This document shows, piece after piece, positions 12,821 to 24,444 of a stretch of 38,521 nt of DNA; the first letter of the stretch is position 1; the number at the start of each line of letters is the position of its first letter. The translations under genes were made by a program, and so were the position numbers. Source of the DNA: Phoronis australis (taxonomy: Eukaryota > Animalia > Phoronida); the NCBI GenBank assembly GCA_002633005.1, contig NMRA01000702.1:37826-76346 (forward strand). The letters are read 5' to 3'. The notes beneath the pieces are model-generated. The model saw only the letters and a program-made list of their open reading frames with translations, searched no databases and was not told the origin of the DNA.

Positions 12821-13646
12821 TTAAGGCTATCTCCAACCTTATTTAGTGGCCTCCATTCTAACTCGTATATCAAAAAACTAAGCTTTGTCAACTAGTAAAA
12901 GTATATATTTTCTGAAAGAACAAAGACCAGAAAATATAAATATCGTTTTGTATTGATGTGCCATTATCATTTTCACGTTTAAACCTTTTCTAAGTCAGAA
13001 TTTCATTTTTAAGAAAGGTATATTCATAGCAAAATAACCCCTCGGTCGATTTTAATGAAACCTTTTTGAATGAAACTTCACCAGTTACCTCAAAAACTCT
13101 GTTAGGAATTTTCCATTAGTCTGTTCGTTTGGTTTCTGTGACAAATCAACTCGCAAATCGTAAGGTATTTTTGTAAAAAATTGAAGTCGTATTCGTCTTT
13201 GTCACGTTACGCCAAAACTAGGCCTTTATATCAACAATCCTCAAAGCATTTTTGAGATTGATGACTAAATATTAAGTTTGGAAAGATTCAGCGAAATCAG
13301 TGAAAATCTCAAAGTCTTCGGTTCATTATTCGGTGAAAACTTGTTTTCGGTACACATAATCTATACTATGTTAGCTATTTCAAGGTTCACTCGCAATGGC
13401 AACTGATTTCGAAATTCGTAACTAACATAATTATCATTAAAACCTCAAATAGACGTATTGTTCCCAGCCATGTTTTACGGTTGTGCGGTTCCAAGGTGGT
13501 TCTGCAAAAATTTTTTTTTTCTCGCTTCGCGGTATATATTTTGTATTTGAAGTTCCCCGAGAATGAAGATAAGGTATTTTGCTAGACATAAGTGAAATAT
13601 TGTAAAAATGACCAATTTTTGTGAATAAGGCTGGAGTTAACCTTAA
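12821..13646 (+). mobile_element. Kolobok-like non-autonomous element, copy 1 (intron 2 of gene B)
   Basis: TTAA at both ends, GG...CC termini, imperfect ~19-bp TIR (GGCTATCTCCAACCTTATT / AATAAGGCTGGAGTTAACC). Second copy at 32059-33411. Confidence 0.8.
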
Positions 13647-14109
13647 GGGGTTAAACCTTAGTGGGTTAAGCTTACTTATTCATAATTCCGAGTTCCGCTT
13701 CAGTTGACTGTGGTAGAACCAAAAAGTTGCATCTGTACGATGCTGGAAAATGTGACCGAACTCCCGAGGTGGCCCACGATTTATAGAGGCTGTCACATGA
13801 CAAACTGGGATAATGACAAGTCACCAACTTGAAGTTAAAATTCTTGGAATTCATGGTCCCTGACAAAATAAGGTATGATCAAATTGTACGAATGCACTAA
13901 AACCGACGATGACCAACAGGTGTCATGCTAAGACAGAGACAGAGATGAGATAATTCCTGCTACAATACAAAGAAAATAATGATAAACCCTGAAATCGCGA
14001 AGCATTATATCTGGGACATCATCACCAAAAATTGACGATGAAGTCGATAAACTCGTACAACGAGGGCCAACCGACAAGAAAGGGGGCAAGATCAATCAGC
14101 AAGAGAACG

Positions 14110-14664
14110 CTCGCTGGTTCCCTACGTGCAGTATCACGCAGCGGCACGCGCTTTAGCATTGGTTGAAGTAGCCTCAGCAGTCATTGGTTAGCTTTACAAC
14201 ACCGTGAAAAAGGCGAATGATTTTAGCCTTGTCATGTTAGTGACGTCGCAGCAACTATTTCGTTTCTGCAGTGATGTTTAATAGCCGCGTGCTTGAAGCA
14301 AATACATATACAGCAAACACATATCTGGCATATTTAACCGGTGTGTTATTCATATTGAATGAATACTGGAGAGTATCGTAAACAAATGTCATCTACAATA
14401 GAAAGATGCACTCAAAAAGGCGCAATCACAGTTTCTAGGAATCATGTTTCCTGAACATAAATTTTAAGCATCGATTTGTCTGTACAACCGACCACATTTA
14501 CACTTCAGTCCATCAGTCATGCCAGTTTGTTTGCGTAAGGCGCTGCCTGTTGAGAATTCGACTAGCCATTCAGAAACGCCGGTGTAAAAAAATTCCCGAG
14601 GAAAATTAAGTGATACCTGCGTGCTGGCTACTGACCACCTAGCGGCACGCAGGGAACCAGCGAG
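14110..14664 (-). mobile_element. 555-bp MITE with 20-bp TIRs, complete copy
   Basis: TIRs CTCGCTGGTTCCCTACGTGC (14110-14129) and GCACGCAGGGAACCAGCGAG (14645-14664), flanked by direct repeat (C/T)AAGAGAACG. A 9-10-bp TSD fits Mutator or AcademH. Two more copies occur in the window. Confidence 0.8.
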
Positions 14665-14739
14665 TAAGAGAACGGTCGTAAAAATAACGAATAACATGAC
14701 AACAGAAAGTTATATCGAAGAACTGATGGCTCAATTCTT

Positions 14740-15230
14740 ATTGCATGTCAGAAGTAAACTGACACTGAGTTTAGTTAAAGAACTTGTATTTGACTGTAAG
14801 TTCTATTATTTTACTAGCACATAGCACTTGACTTACGTAACCCATCAGGAAAATCAGTGATGATGTAATTAGTTTACAGCAATAGAATACTGATATTAAG
14901 CTGTATGACAAAACGTACTACCGTGCCTTCAAGCAAATAGAATACTAGTGAACACCCTAGACGATTCTAGCATCCTGGAAAAATTCTAGAGCATAGTATA
15001 TGTGTGTAGACTGATTGACTAAATTCCAGAAACTTCAAGAATTAGCTGAAATTGGTAAAAAGTTCCAAAACATTGTGATAGATTATCAATACCCAGGCAC
15101 GGTTCAATGCGAATCAGTTTGGTTCAGTTGAAGTTGAGTAGAGTCAAAGTTACAATTTAGTTGCAATTACAGAATCAGCAGTTGGAATATTTCTGGTGGC
15201 CACCTTGAAGAATGCCAGAGGGTGTCATGA
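14740..15230 (+). mobile_element. Probable degenerate solo LTR, related to 37156-37686
   Basis: Patchy similarity to the reverse complement of 37156-37686 (TGTCAGAA...CTGACA, TGATGATGTAATT.GTTTAC, TGTAGA.TGATTG, TTCCAGAAA). Ends not defined. Confidence 0.4.
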
Positions 15231-15941
15231 CGGCCCAATCAAAATCGCTTTCAATGGACACGATGACCCACAAAACATTGGTAAACATTTTTGAATCTTT
15301 ACCCATTCAAGTTATAGCTGGTACCTGACAATTGATGATCATGATGTCCACCATCTTACAACTTCTTCCACTCAGAATTCGTTGAACTTTTCTCACATAA
15401 AGGGGTGTATGGGGATACAATTTATGCAACACAAAATAATATCTTTTAGTTTTTATGTTCATCCACAAAATGACTCCACTAGAAGGGTTTTATGCTTGAC
15501 CTTCTAAATACAGGCCCACTTAATGTATACAATAATAGGAAGCAGTGAGATATTACAAAATAACAGCTCTAATTTACACAAAAACATAAAATATGGTATA
15601 TTTATACGACTTGTAACGTCAGTTTACGCTATTTGCGTCAACTGTGCTTGACAAAAATGCAATGCAGCTTCGAAGTCGATGTCCCGGGGGTTTCGGAAGA
15701 GGGCTACTTTCTGACACAACTAGAGTTATTAGCAGTCATGGTTATATTTACAAAAACCTTGTACTTGTACAAGGCAGATATAGAAGAAAGACTCTATTCA
15801 ACACAAAAACATCGTTTTTCAAATATTTTCCCACACCAATGTAACGTAGAAGTCTATGTTCGAGGGTGCAGTGAAGGAGGGTGAGGGGCATTTTCCAACT
15901 CAAGTAGCGTAACAAGCAGTCTTGGATAATATTTTCAGAGA

Positions 15942-16101
15942 TATAGGCGGATCCAGAGGGGGGTCAAGGGGTCCGGACCCCCTTTTCTCTTTTAGTTTTA
16001 GTGATATAAAATCTAGAATTTCCAAATTGTTTTCCTGGACCCCCTTTTAAAAAATTCTTGATCCGACCCTTCCTTTTCGAAAAATCCTGGATATGCCCCT
16101 G
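15942..16101. mobile_element. 160-bp MITE of a related hAT5-like family
   Basis: TATAGGCGGATCCAG...CTGGATATGCCCCTG termini, 5-bp TSD AGAGA (15937-15941, 16102-16106). Confidence 0.75.
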
Positions 16102-16633
16102 AGAGACCTTGTTCTTGTGCAAATATTTATATTATTTATGAAATGTGATGCTCTAACAATTACAATATTTTTATTGTTCATGAAATGTGATCATCTAACA
16201 ATTACACGAAAAAATATCCAAGAATGGTAAAGTTAGAAGATTTCTGATTGGAGTCTTACTGTTACATGTGGCCCTAAGTGAAATAGCGCCTTCAGTACAA
16301 CGTTTACATGCTGAGTCTAAAGTAATTGTATGAGAACGTTAGTCAGACAATGCTAGCCAGGCCAAAGATCTGCCTTTTTATCGACCGCCCCTAAATCGTA
16401 TGACAACGCTAGTCAGAAGAAAGACTTTATCTGCCTTTTTATCGACCGCCCTTAAACCAAACGGTAGAGCTTTCTTCTTACCGTGAGGAGGAGCAACTTA
16501 ATTGTGATTAGGCTCTGTTCCCCGAAGGTAGTTGCACGTTATTCCCCAGAATATTACCATTTAATTATTATTATTATTATGTTAATTTCGCACAAGACGA
16601 GCGAACGCTCGTTTGAAGCGGCTCGTCTTCCTT

Positions 16634-17031
16634 CTCGCTGGTTCCCTGCATGCCCGCTATGTGGTAGCCAGCTCGCACCACTTAATTTTCGTATCACTTA
16701 ATTTTCCTCTCGAAATTTTTTACACTGGGGTTTCTGATTGGCTGGTCGAATTCTCAACAGGCAGCGCTTTACGCAAACAAAGTGGCATGACTGATGGAGG
16801 AAGTGTAAATGTGGTATGTTGTACAGACAAATCGGAGCTTAAAGTTTATGTTCAGGAAATGTGAAGCCTAGAAATTGTGGTTGCACTTTTTCGGAGCCCA
16901 TCTTTCTATTGTCGATGACTTTTGTTTACGATACTGTCCTGTATTCACACAGTATGAATAACACACCGGTTAAGTCTGCCAGATACGTGTTTATTGTACA
17001 TGTATGTGCTTCAAGCACATGGTTATTAAAC
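16634..17031 (+). mobile_element. One-end-truncated copy of the 14110-14664 MITE family
   Basis: Starts with TIR CTCGCTGGTTCCCTGCATGC and is colinear with the reverse complement of about 14280-14664. Confidence 0.8.
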
Positions 17032-17399
17032 ATATGGTTGTACTTTTGATTTGTACCTTAATGCCAAGACTACGAAAAAAAAAAATAAAAAAACATGGCA
17101 ATAGATGTTACCTTGGAATGAGGCCAGGTGTTTTTTATGTGAGACAAAATAAGGCGACTTGCAGGCAATGACGACACTGTGAAGGTAGTTCACAGACAGT
17201 AAATGAGAGAAAATTGTCAGTGGCATGACTTAAACAAACCCATACCTTTCATAACGTATCTATGAAAAATTTACGATCATATTAAAAACAGCCCGGAAAG
17301 GTTTTATAGGCTTTTTATTGAATGACAGTGTTGGAAAGCTTATTTGAAGTTAAGTTATTTAAAGATATTTTTGCTTCTATGTATCTTTTGTGCTCATAT

Positions 17400-17812
17400 T
17401 CTAGGTCCGCGCTTTCTGGCGCCACGGCGGATGTTCTGTCCGGCTGCACTTTCCCAGTCGCGCCGTCCAGCATCCGTTTACTTCTGTAATAAGTCTTGAA
17501 GCAGGCGATGGAGTAACGATAAGCCTGTCGAGGTTGTAACAACCTCTAAGCCCCCTACGCCCAAAGGGGCAGGCTAACCGCGTCGGGTCAGTTCCCTACT
17601 GGCCTGGGGCTGCCAGGCTTAAGGCGGGCGGCAACTGACCAATAAGGGTTAAAGAACCCCTCCCACCGTCATGCGTGGCCCCTGACGCCCACCCGCCCAA
17701 ATGCCTACAGGCAACGTCAGCCCTGGAGTTCTGCGCCTTCTGCTGTCACGGGGATGGTCCGGGGAGGGGTTTAATGCACCAGCATATCCCCAATGATCCT
17801 GTCCGTGACAGG
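17400..17812 (-). mobile_element. 5' fragment (5'UTR and ORF start) of an RTE-type non-LTR retrotransposon
   Basis: GC-rich structured island leading into MLDGATGKVQPDRTSAVAPESADL, which resembles the leader preceding RTE APE endonucleases, then truncated. Recognised from memory, no diagnostic domain present. Confidence 0.45.
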
Positions 17813-17995
17813 TATTACAGGTATTATTATTTGTGCTCATATTTTGTAGACTGGTTTATATTTGTAGTACTCCCATCCGAGAACTTCTCCAAACAAACCT
17901 CAATTGGATCATTTTGCTCCAACGTATGCTACAAGTATCACTAATTAACAAACACTTGCAGCGTTTGATCAACAGATATATTTAAAGAAAACTAC

Positions 17996-19300
17996 GGCCT
18001 GTTTAGGACTTGATCAAGGGGGAATTCAAATGGTTAATATGCATACTTTCAGCAAAGCTTTAAAACTCGCTATGGCCCGTAGATATCTTGAAAGCCCTGC
18101 GTCTAAAAGTGGTGAATTACTGTACTCACTCTACCCGTTCTTAAAGAATTTTGCTTCATTTGGAGATGACTTTATTAAGTCGAAGTTAACTCTAATTGGT
18201 AATTCCTACTGGCGCGATGTATTTGGAAGTATGTTATCTTTCTACAAGAAAATAATTGTTGCGAGTAAAGAGGACTTTTTGAATCAACCTTTGTGGTTTA
18301 ATAGTAACTTGGCGATCGGAGGCACAGGTGTTTTTTATAAGCCTTGGTTTGTAAAAGGCTCAAGATTTATTAGAGATATGTATGGTGATTTTGTTAGTCT
18401 AAACAATATGAAAAATAGGTTCGATGTGAAAACCAACTTTGTAGAATATAATGGTGGTGTTTCTGTTCTAAGAAGGTTTCAAAAAAGTCTATTTCAAAGT
18501 AAATTTAAAAGTGTTAATTTCTACTCTCCTTGCATGCCTTTAGCAATTACTCACTTACGGAAAGATTTGAAGGGTTGTAGACATATTTTACAGTCTTTAA
18601 TAACGTTAAGAAACCTAAGTTAAAGTGTAAATGGGAAATAGAGCTAGGAGATAGTTTAGATTGGAAGAAAATATATGCTTTACCTTACAAAATTACAAAG
18701 GATCCCCATATTGGATGGTTCCAATTTGAAATACTACATAGGATTATTGCAACAAATACCTTTTTAGTCAAAATATGTGTTAGGGATTCTGATCTATGTT
18801 CCTTTTGTAATAAAGCTCCAGAGACGCTGTCCCACCTTTTTTGGGAATGTAGCTTTGTACAAGATTTCTGGAAGGAATTCGGAAAGCTACTTCAAAAGTG
18901 TGGCATTCAGCTTCCGAACTGTCTGTCTTACGATAGTGTTATTCTTGGACTTTACAAGACGCATGATTTCCTATTTAACATTTTGCTTCTACTAGCTAAA
19001 CAGTACATTTACAAGGAGAGATGTCTCAAAAATATACCTAATTTTCTCAAGTTCGTTACAAAAACTTATGAATACTATAGTGCTGAAAAATTAAATGCAC
19101 ATAAAAACTTTGTATATGACAGCTTCTCTACGAAACGGGAAAATTTTATTGTTCATGTTACTACATGTAGAAGATATTTACTTTAAACGAGATATGAGAA
19201 TGGTCTTCCTGAGGTGTGCATGCGTGAATGAATGGTGTACTTATTTATTTTTGTTTTTGTAATTGTTTGTAAATGATAATAAATACATAAAAAAAGAAAA
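17996..19300 (+). mobile_element. 5'-truncated L1/Tx1-clade LINE: ORF2 C-terminus (frameshifted) and 3' end
   Basis: GGIQMVNMHTFSKALKL and QPLWFNSNL (ORF 18030-18623). A frameshift near 18620 leads to WKKIY...WFQFEILHRIIATN...CSFCNKAPETLSHLFWEC (Cx2Cx8Hx4C, zf-RVT-like) and LLLAKQYIY, stop at 19186. AATAAA and an A-rich tail follow at ~19278-19300. Confidence 0.92.
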
Positions 19301-19779
19301 CGTAAAACTATGAGTCTTAAAAGAATTTTTATCTATTATAACGTATCTATGAAATGTTTAACAAAATAAATCAATATCGTTTCAGCTGAACTTCTGGACA
19401 CAGTCACAAAAATGCTTCTGGTGTCCTGTGTTGCGTTCGTATATTTGGTTTCTTTCAGCTCTTCAACAATGCAGTTTGCAGCTATCAACATTTTATTATC
19501 CGCCTAGGAAGTGCTCTCGGACTTAGCCCCGCCTGCCTCAGCTCTTGTCCTGATTTGGACTTCGGTGTTGTAGGTGATTCGCACCAGTGAAATTATCACC
19601 CAGGTTTCTGTCGTTATCAGGTGTATTGCCATCTTCAAAATTGCGAGGCGTGATTTTCCTGCATAATCGCAAACACCGTTGTCTTCACTTTGCTACGTAG
19701 ATTTTTGACTTCTCTACTTCAAGTTCCATTTTCTGTGCTCTGTATCTCGCATGTCTGAGAGCTTAAGACCTGCGGGATG

Positions 19780-19936
19780 CAGGGGCGGATCCAGGATTTT
19801 GAGTTAGGGGGGCCAGGGCAGAGTATTAGCCAGGATTTTGCCAGTCAGACATTCCCACTCCCCTACTGCCAAATGGAATCTGGGAGAATTTTAGGGGGGC
19901 CATGGCCCCCTTGGCCCCCCTCTAAATCCGCCACTG
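19780..19936 (+). mobile_element. ~160-bp non-autonomous DNA transposon (hAT5-like), copy 2, inserted into the Sola-like transposase relic
   Basis: CAGGGGCGGATCCAG...AATCCGCCACTG termini, 5-bp TSD GGATG (19775-19779, 19937-19941). Confidence 0.8.
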
Positions 19937-20425
19937 GGATGTCCCTCTTTTTCTACCTGGAAAGATCGGCTTTACGCAAAGCTTTTCATTTGATCTCGTT
20001 GGTGTCCCAAAGCCTTCGTTTTCTTTTGAACTGGACACCTGGTTGCTCTATGCGCCATTGTCGACAATGTTTACAAATCTAGGACTTGAAATGACGTCGC
20101 TTGGCAGATACTTGCTTCTTCTTTCTGTAGTATCTCCTGTTGTAAATTCTAGCCTTGGAGTTGTCCATTTTTGGGTGTCGGATTTCTCGGAAGCGGCAAC
20201 CTCGTATCCGTTTTGTCTTTCTCTTTCCTTTCTCAGGAAATCAGGATAGTTGCGTTTTTTACTTTCTCTATATGCTTTTTGAATCTCTGATTGTGTTTTA
20301 CCCATAATGTCTGAAAGAGAAAAGTCCCAATAAAAATACCACGTCTGTATGAGGGACAAATGCCTATGCACAGTACTGCTAGACAGGCCCAGCTTGAGTC
20401 ACTAAAATGCAAGTGTTCGCTTTCA

Positions 20426-20655
20426 GCCCGGGGGCAGTCATCTTTTTACGACAGGGGATGTGGCCGGGCTCCAAACATGGGGCGAAATTTATACCAAGAG
20501 CAAGAAATGCGACCCATATTTGTACCAACAGCAAGAATTGAGACCCATATTTATACCTCATATGGAAAAAGATCACCATGTGGAAGGTGAAAAAAGCGAC
20601 CTAATTTATACAAAAAATGAAAAATGCGACCCATTTGGGCGGCACGTCCCCACCA
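20426..20655. mobile_element. Short MITE-like insert with internal ~30-bp subrepeats
   Basis: Begins CCCGGGGG, contains several GACCCATATTT(A/G)TACC-like units, ends near GCGGCACGTCCCC. No TSD confirmed. Confidence 0.45.
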
Positions 20656-22641
20656 CCTTTATTATTACGTTGATTTCAGTTTTCAATGAAATAAAAAATG
20701 CATTTCCGGCAAAACTGTAAAATATCGTCACTGTAAGCTTTAACTCGATTTGTATCGTCCTTGCCTAAGAAAAAACCCAGTCATCAGTTTAAAGATTTTT
20801 CATAGATACGTTACTTTGAATCACAGAAAACATTTCAATTACTCATTTTACTTTTATGTGGAGCCGCTTTTCAATTTACTAAAGCTATTTCGCGTGTAAA
20901 TATACATTCCGTTTAAACATGCTTGATTTGAATCGTTACTATCTTGTTTGAAGGGGATTCATAGATACGTTATATTGCGTAATATAGATAAATTATTACA
21001 GAAAGCCTGTTTCGGTTGGACCTGTACATTTTTTTATTTTTCACTAAACATGGGACTGTTTCTTAACGCTATAAAAGCTATATCACTTCGGAAAACACTG
21101 CCCATTTTAAATCTGACAATAACTTTACTTACCTCGTCAAAGATGTAACTGATCACGCTGTGAATCACTCGGCTTTATCTTCAGACTGTCTTTTTTGGTG
21201 CAACATATGTCTGCTCGCCCAAAATGGAACACGACAACATGGGAAGACGATGGCAATCCTGTTGTACATCGCATAAACTAAATAGATAACGTATCTATCA
21301 CATAACGTATCACTGAAACCAAAAACAAAGCTGACGACGCACGACACAATTCTGAGGAAAGGAATGAAACGACCATTTCAATACACTTTTACAGTAATCC
21401 TAACATCATTAAAAGCTCTTACATTTCAGTATGCCTCCCAGTTTCACTAAACGTGATAACGTATCTATGAAAACAATTGAGTAACAATTTGAATTTCGTA
21501 CTTCAGAGACACTGCAGCTCCTTCTGTTAATATCTATGAAATTAATGATTTTGTTTCCTGAATACGTAATGTTTTGACAATAAAAAAGCGTGACAATATT
21601 ATTTGAAAGTGTGAATATAAGTCCAGGGATGAGTCATGTGCAGTCATGACGTGTCTATGACTGACTTTTGTGACAACTATATTTTCTTCTCCAGAATTTG
21701 AAAAAGACATTGGTCGGACTTCATACCAACATTTTTTCTTCGATTAATATCTGTAACTAAAATGTGTAACCTTACTAATCTGGCAGCAAACGTTAAAAAC
21801 AAAAATATGCAAAGCGTATACAATTCACTATGGTCTGTGGGACTTCAAGCCTCAGACAGTGCAAAAACTGTCCAACTTAAAACAAAAAATGTATTGTCCA
21901 TGGCTCCACCGATAGTAAAGTTGAGTTGGACTAAAAAACGGGAGTGGTGTTGGACAAGTTACTTGTTAATTCGACGTGTGACACCGTTTTTTGTATTGCG
22001 CACTTTAGTGGAGAATGAAGCAAATGTAGAAATTAGATATGTCTTACATGTAATTCAAATGGCAATTTGGAATTTATGAAAAAATAAATTTCTGATCTCT
22101 GTTCCAATCTGGTAATTCTATTTCGTAATACGATAAGATGTGGCGCTGCTTGAGCTAACGTGGCTCGAAACAAAATCGGCATTCTCTCAGTTTTCCATAC
22201 TCTATAGAAAATTTGATGGGCATCAAAATAGAGACCAAAAGAAAAAAAATCATTGGTGCAACATTTTGCGTAGAAACAAAAACGCTTAAGTTGAGGTGTT
22301 CAAATTCCTGAGAAAACGTAAGAAAATCGGTTAATAAGGAACTAAAACATCGTACAACGAAATTAAGCCGTCTTCAAAAAATGACCATCATTTAATCACA
22401 GGTGGATTTTCAGTAACTCCTATGAATTTCACAGGTTTGATAGAGGTGTCTTTATTTAGGTGCCTGTAACTGTCATGCCGCTCCATCTATTGTACTGTAC
22501 GTGTCACGTACAACAGTGCATTTGTTCGGTCGCACTTTTTTGTCACTGCTACTTCCGGCTCCTAGTTATGTCTGCTCACAGTCAATGCGCGTGTCGTGCT
22601 CATGAGACAAAATATTGTCTGCGAGTTCTTGTGACTTAACC

Positions 22642-23753
22642 CACAGGCGCTTGGGTTTATCGCAAATGACGTCACTCAATAATATATATAAGAAAACATA
22701 AAGGTTGGACACTCGAAATCTGTTTGCTCAGAATTGTCTACTCAAATGTGCATGGAACTCCACGAAACTAGCATCGGACAACTCTTAGAATACTTTCTTT
22801 CATTCGATCTCTTCAAATTGCCTTCGAGTGGTGATTTGGCGACAAAAATGCCAAAAGAATGCCAAAATCACAAATTCAAGGAAGTGATTCCGTGATGTCA
22901 TGGCAGACGGTCTTCGCACATCCGGGTTTTTGACGGACGCTCCCGAGCTAAATCCCAAAGTCTAATTTCGCGCGGCTTTCATCGTCAATCCCTCGACTAC
23001 TTGATCATGAGAAGCAGAGAGCGCTTTATTGCCAAATAAATGTAATTACTCACATATTTGTGTCAAATATAAATCATCCTGATACTGTATTGATATGCGA
23101 AGTTTTTTTGTGTACTGTGATTTCTTATGAAGGTTTTACTTTTGGCCAAAACCATTGAGCTAACTCGTCGGCCACGCGCATTGTAATACTTGAACGGACT
23201 GCGTTTCCTGGCCAAGTGTGTGTTGTGTTTCAATCAAAAAAGTCAAGATGAGAAACAAGATACGCCAGTTTATGTAATAAAATTCTAAGTTAAGGGCCAA
23301 AATGAGCCGTCAGTGGAATAAAGTTACAAATAATCATTAAAATACTAACTTTAACATTCTCAGTTAGTTGAGTTTTGGATTAGAATTATTGAATTTGAAA
23401 TATAGGTTGCTTGCTCAAACTCGAAGTTTCACCTACGACAGGCGTACAAGTTGAAGCACAACTGAAATCCGCCATGTTTACTATTTCAGGTCCTTGAATT
23501 CAGAGTTTTGAGATTGTTTTGGAAATTCCATCGCCAATTCACCACTCACGAAGACAGTTAATGGGATGTAGGAAAGATAAGGCTTCGAAGGTTTATGCAA
23601 CACCAGACTGAGGGAGGTGCACGCAGATTTTATTTGGATTTTGGAAGGTTGAAGTTGAGAGCCTCGACTTGGCAAAATTTAAGTATCCAACCTTTAGGTT
23701 TTCTTATATATAATATTGAGTGACGTCATTTGCGATAAACCCAAGCTCCTGTG
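22642..23753. mobile_element. 1112-bp non-autonomous DNA transposon, P-element-like (or hAT)
   Basis: ~70-bp TIRs (CACAGG.GCTTGGGTTTATCGCAAATGACGTCACTCAATA.TATATATAAGAAAAC.TAAAGGTTGGA), perfect 8-bp TSD ACTTAACC (22634-22641, 23754-23761), CA...TG termini. No coding capacity seen. Confidence 0.9.
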
Positions 23754-24036
23754 ACTTAACCGAGCGATATGATTTATATGCGTGCAGGTTTATGGCTCCG
23801 ATGAGCAACCAGGATGTGGAAATGATTCCATGATGGCGCCTCAAAACCGCAGTTTCGAATAGAAAACACCAAACCCCCGCAGTACAACTTTCATACCTGT
23901 CCCCTGAACTCCACACATGTGCCGAAAATACTGTAATGACCAAACTTAAGATCCGGACCAGGGATCGTAGCTGGAAATCAGAGGTGCGTCCATGAAACAT
24001 AATAACTAAGTATTGGCTTACGTAGCAAATACCTAC

Positions 24037-24198
24037 TTGAAGCAGTTGACTTGATCTTCGCACATCCGTAGAGGCAGTAGACACCGAACTTGCTGTTGTA
24101 TCCCGCGCTGTAGGAATCTTGACAACCATAGCTCCCAGATAAAACAGTACTTCCGGTTACTGTTACGTTACACTGCACACACCGTGTAAATACGGCTT
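24037..24198 (-). CDS. Ly6/uPAR gene B, exon 2 (Cys1-5)
   Basis: Acceptor AATTACAG, donor GTAGGT at the position homologous to gene A, 162 nt, phase 1/1. Encodes AVFTRCVQCNVTVTGSTVLSGSYGCQDSYSAGYNSKFGVYCLYGCAKIKSTAS. Confidence 0.88.
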
Positions 24199-24444
24199 CT
24201 GTAATTTGAAACCACGAAAGGAAGTCAGTCGAATCATTACCGAAAATCCGGGGATCAACAATGTTTGGAATGGAAAGAAAGGTTGATTTAAAGATTCAGA
24301 GAGAAGGAAGATCAATGTTTGAATGGCAAAAAAGTCGGTGTGGACTTAAGAAAGAAACAACAATATGTGAATGACGAAGAAAAAGTTGATCCAAAAAATA
24401 GATCTTGGAAAAAGAACAATAATGTGTGAATTGCATATATATAT

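Larger units (their letters stand above)
17250..21691 (-). mobile_element. Degenerate Sola-like DNA transposon relic hosting nested insertions
   Basis: Minus-strand frameshifted protein from ATG 20305 (MGKTQSEIQKAYRESKKRNYPDFLRKERERQ ... TTPKSKSGQELRQAGLSPRALP / MLIAANCIVEELKE, to ~19390). Repeated motif ATAACGTATCTATG and a putative GAG terminus at 21691. Superfamily and left boundary are inferences. Confidence 0.45.

Noticed and set aside
13676-13859. Exon-like segment on the minus strand (TTTTGTCAG...GTAAGC) inside gene B intron 2
   Set aside because: 184 nt, phase 1 in and phase 2 out, so it would frameshift exon 3. No LU cysteine pattern.
21762-22079. 105-aa ORF and alternative-frame KTGVVLDKLLVNSTC as a transposase fragment
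   Set aside because: Resemblance too short and interrupted to support.
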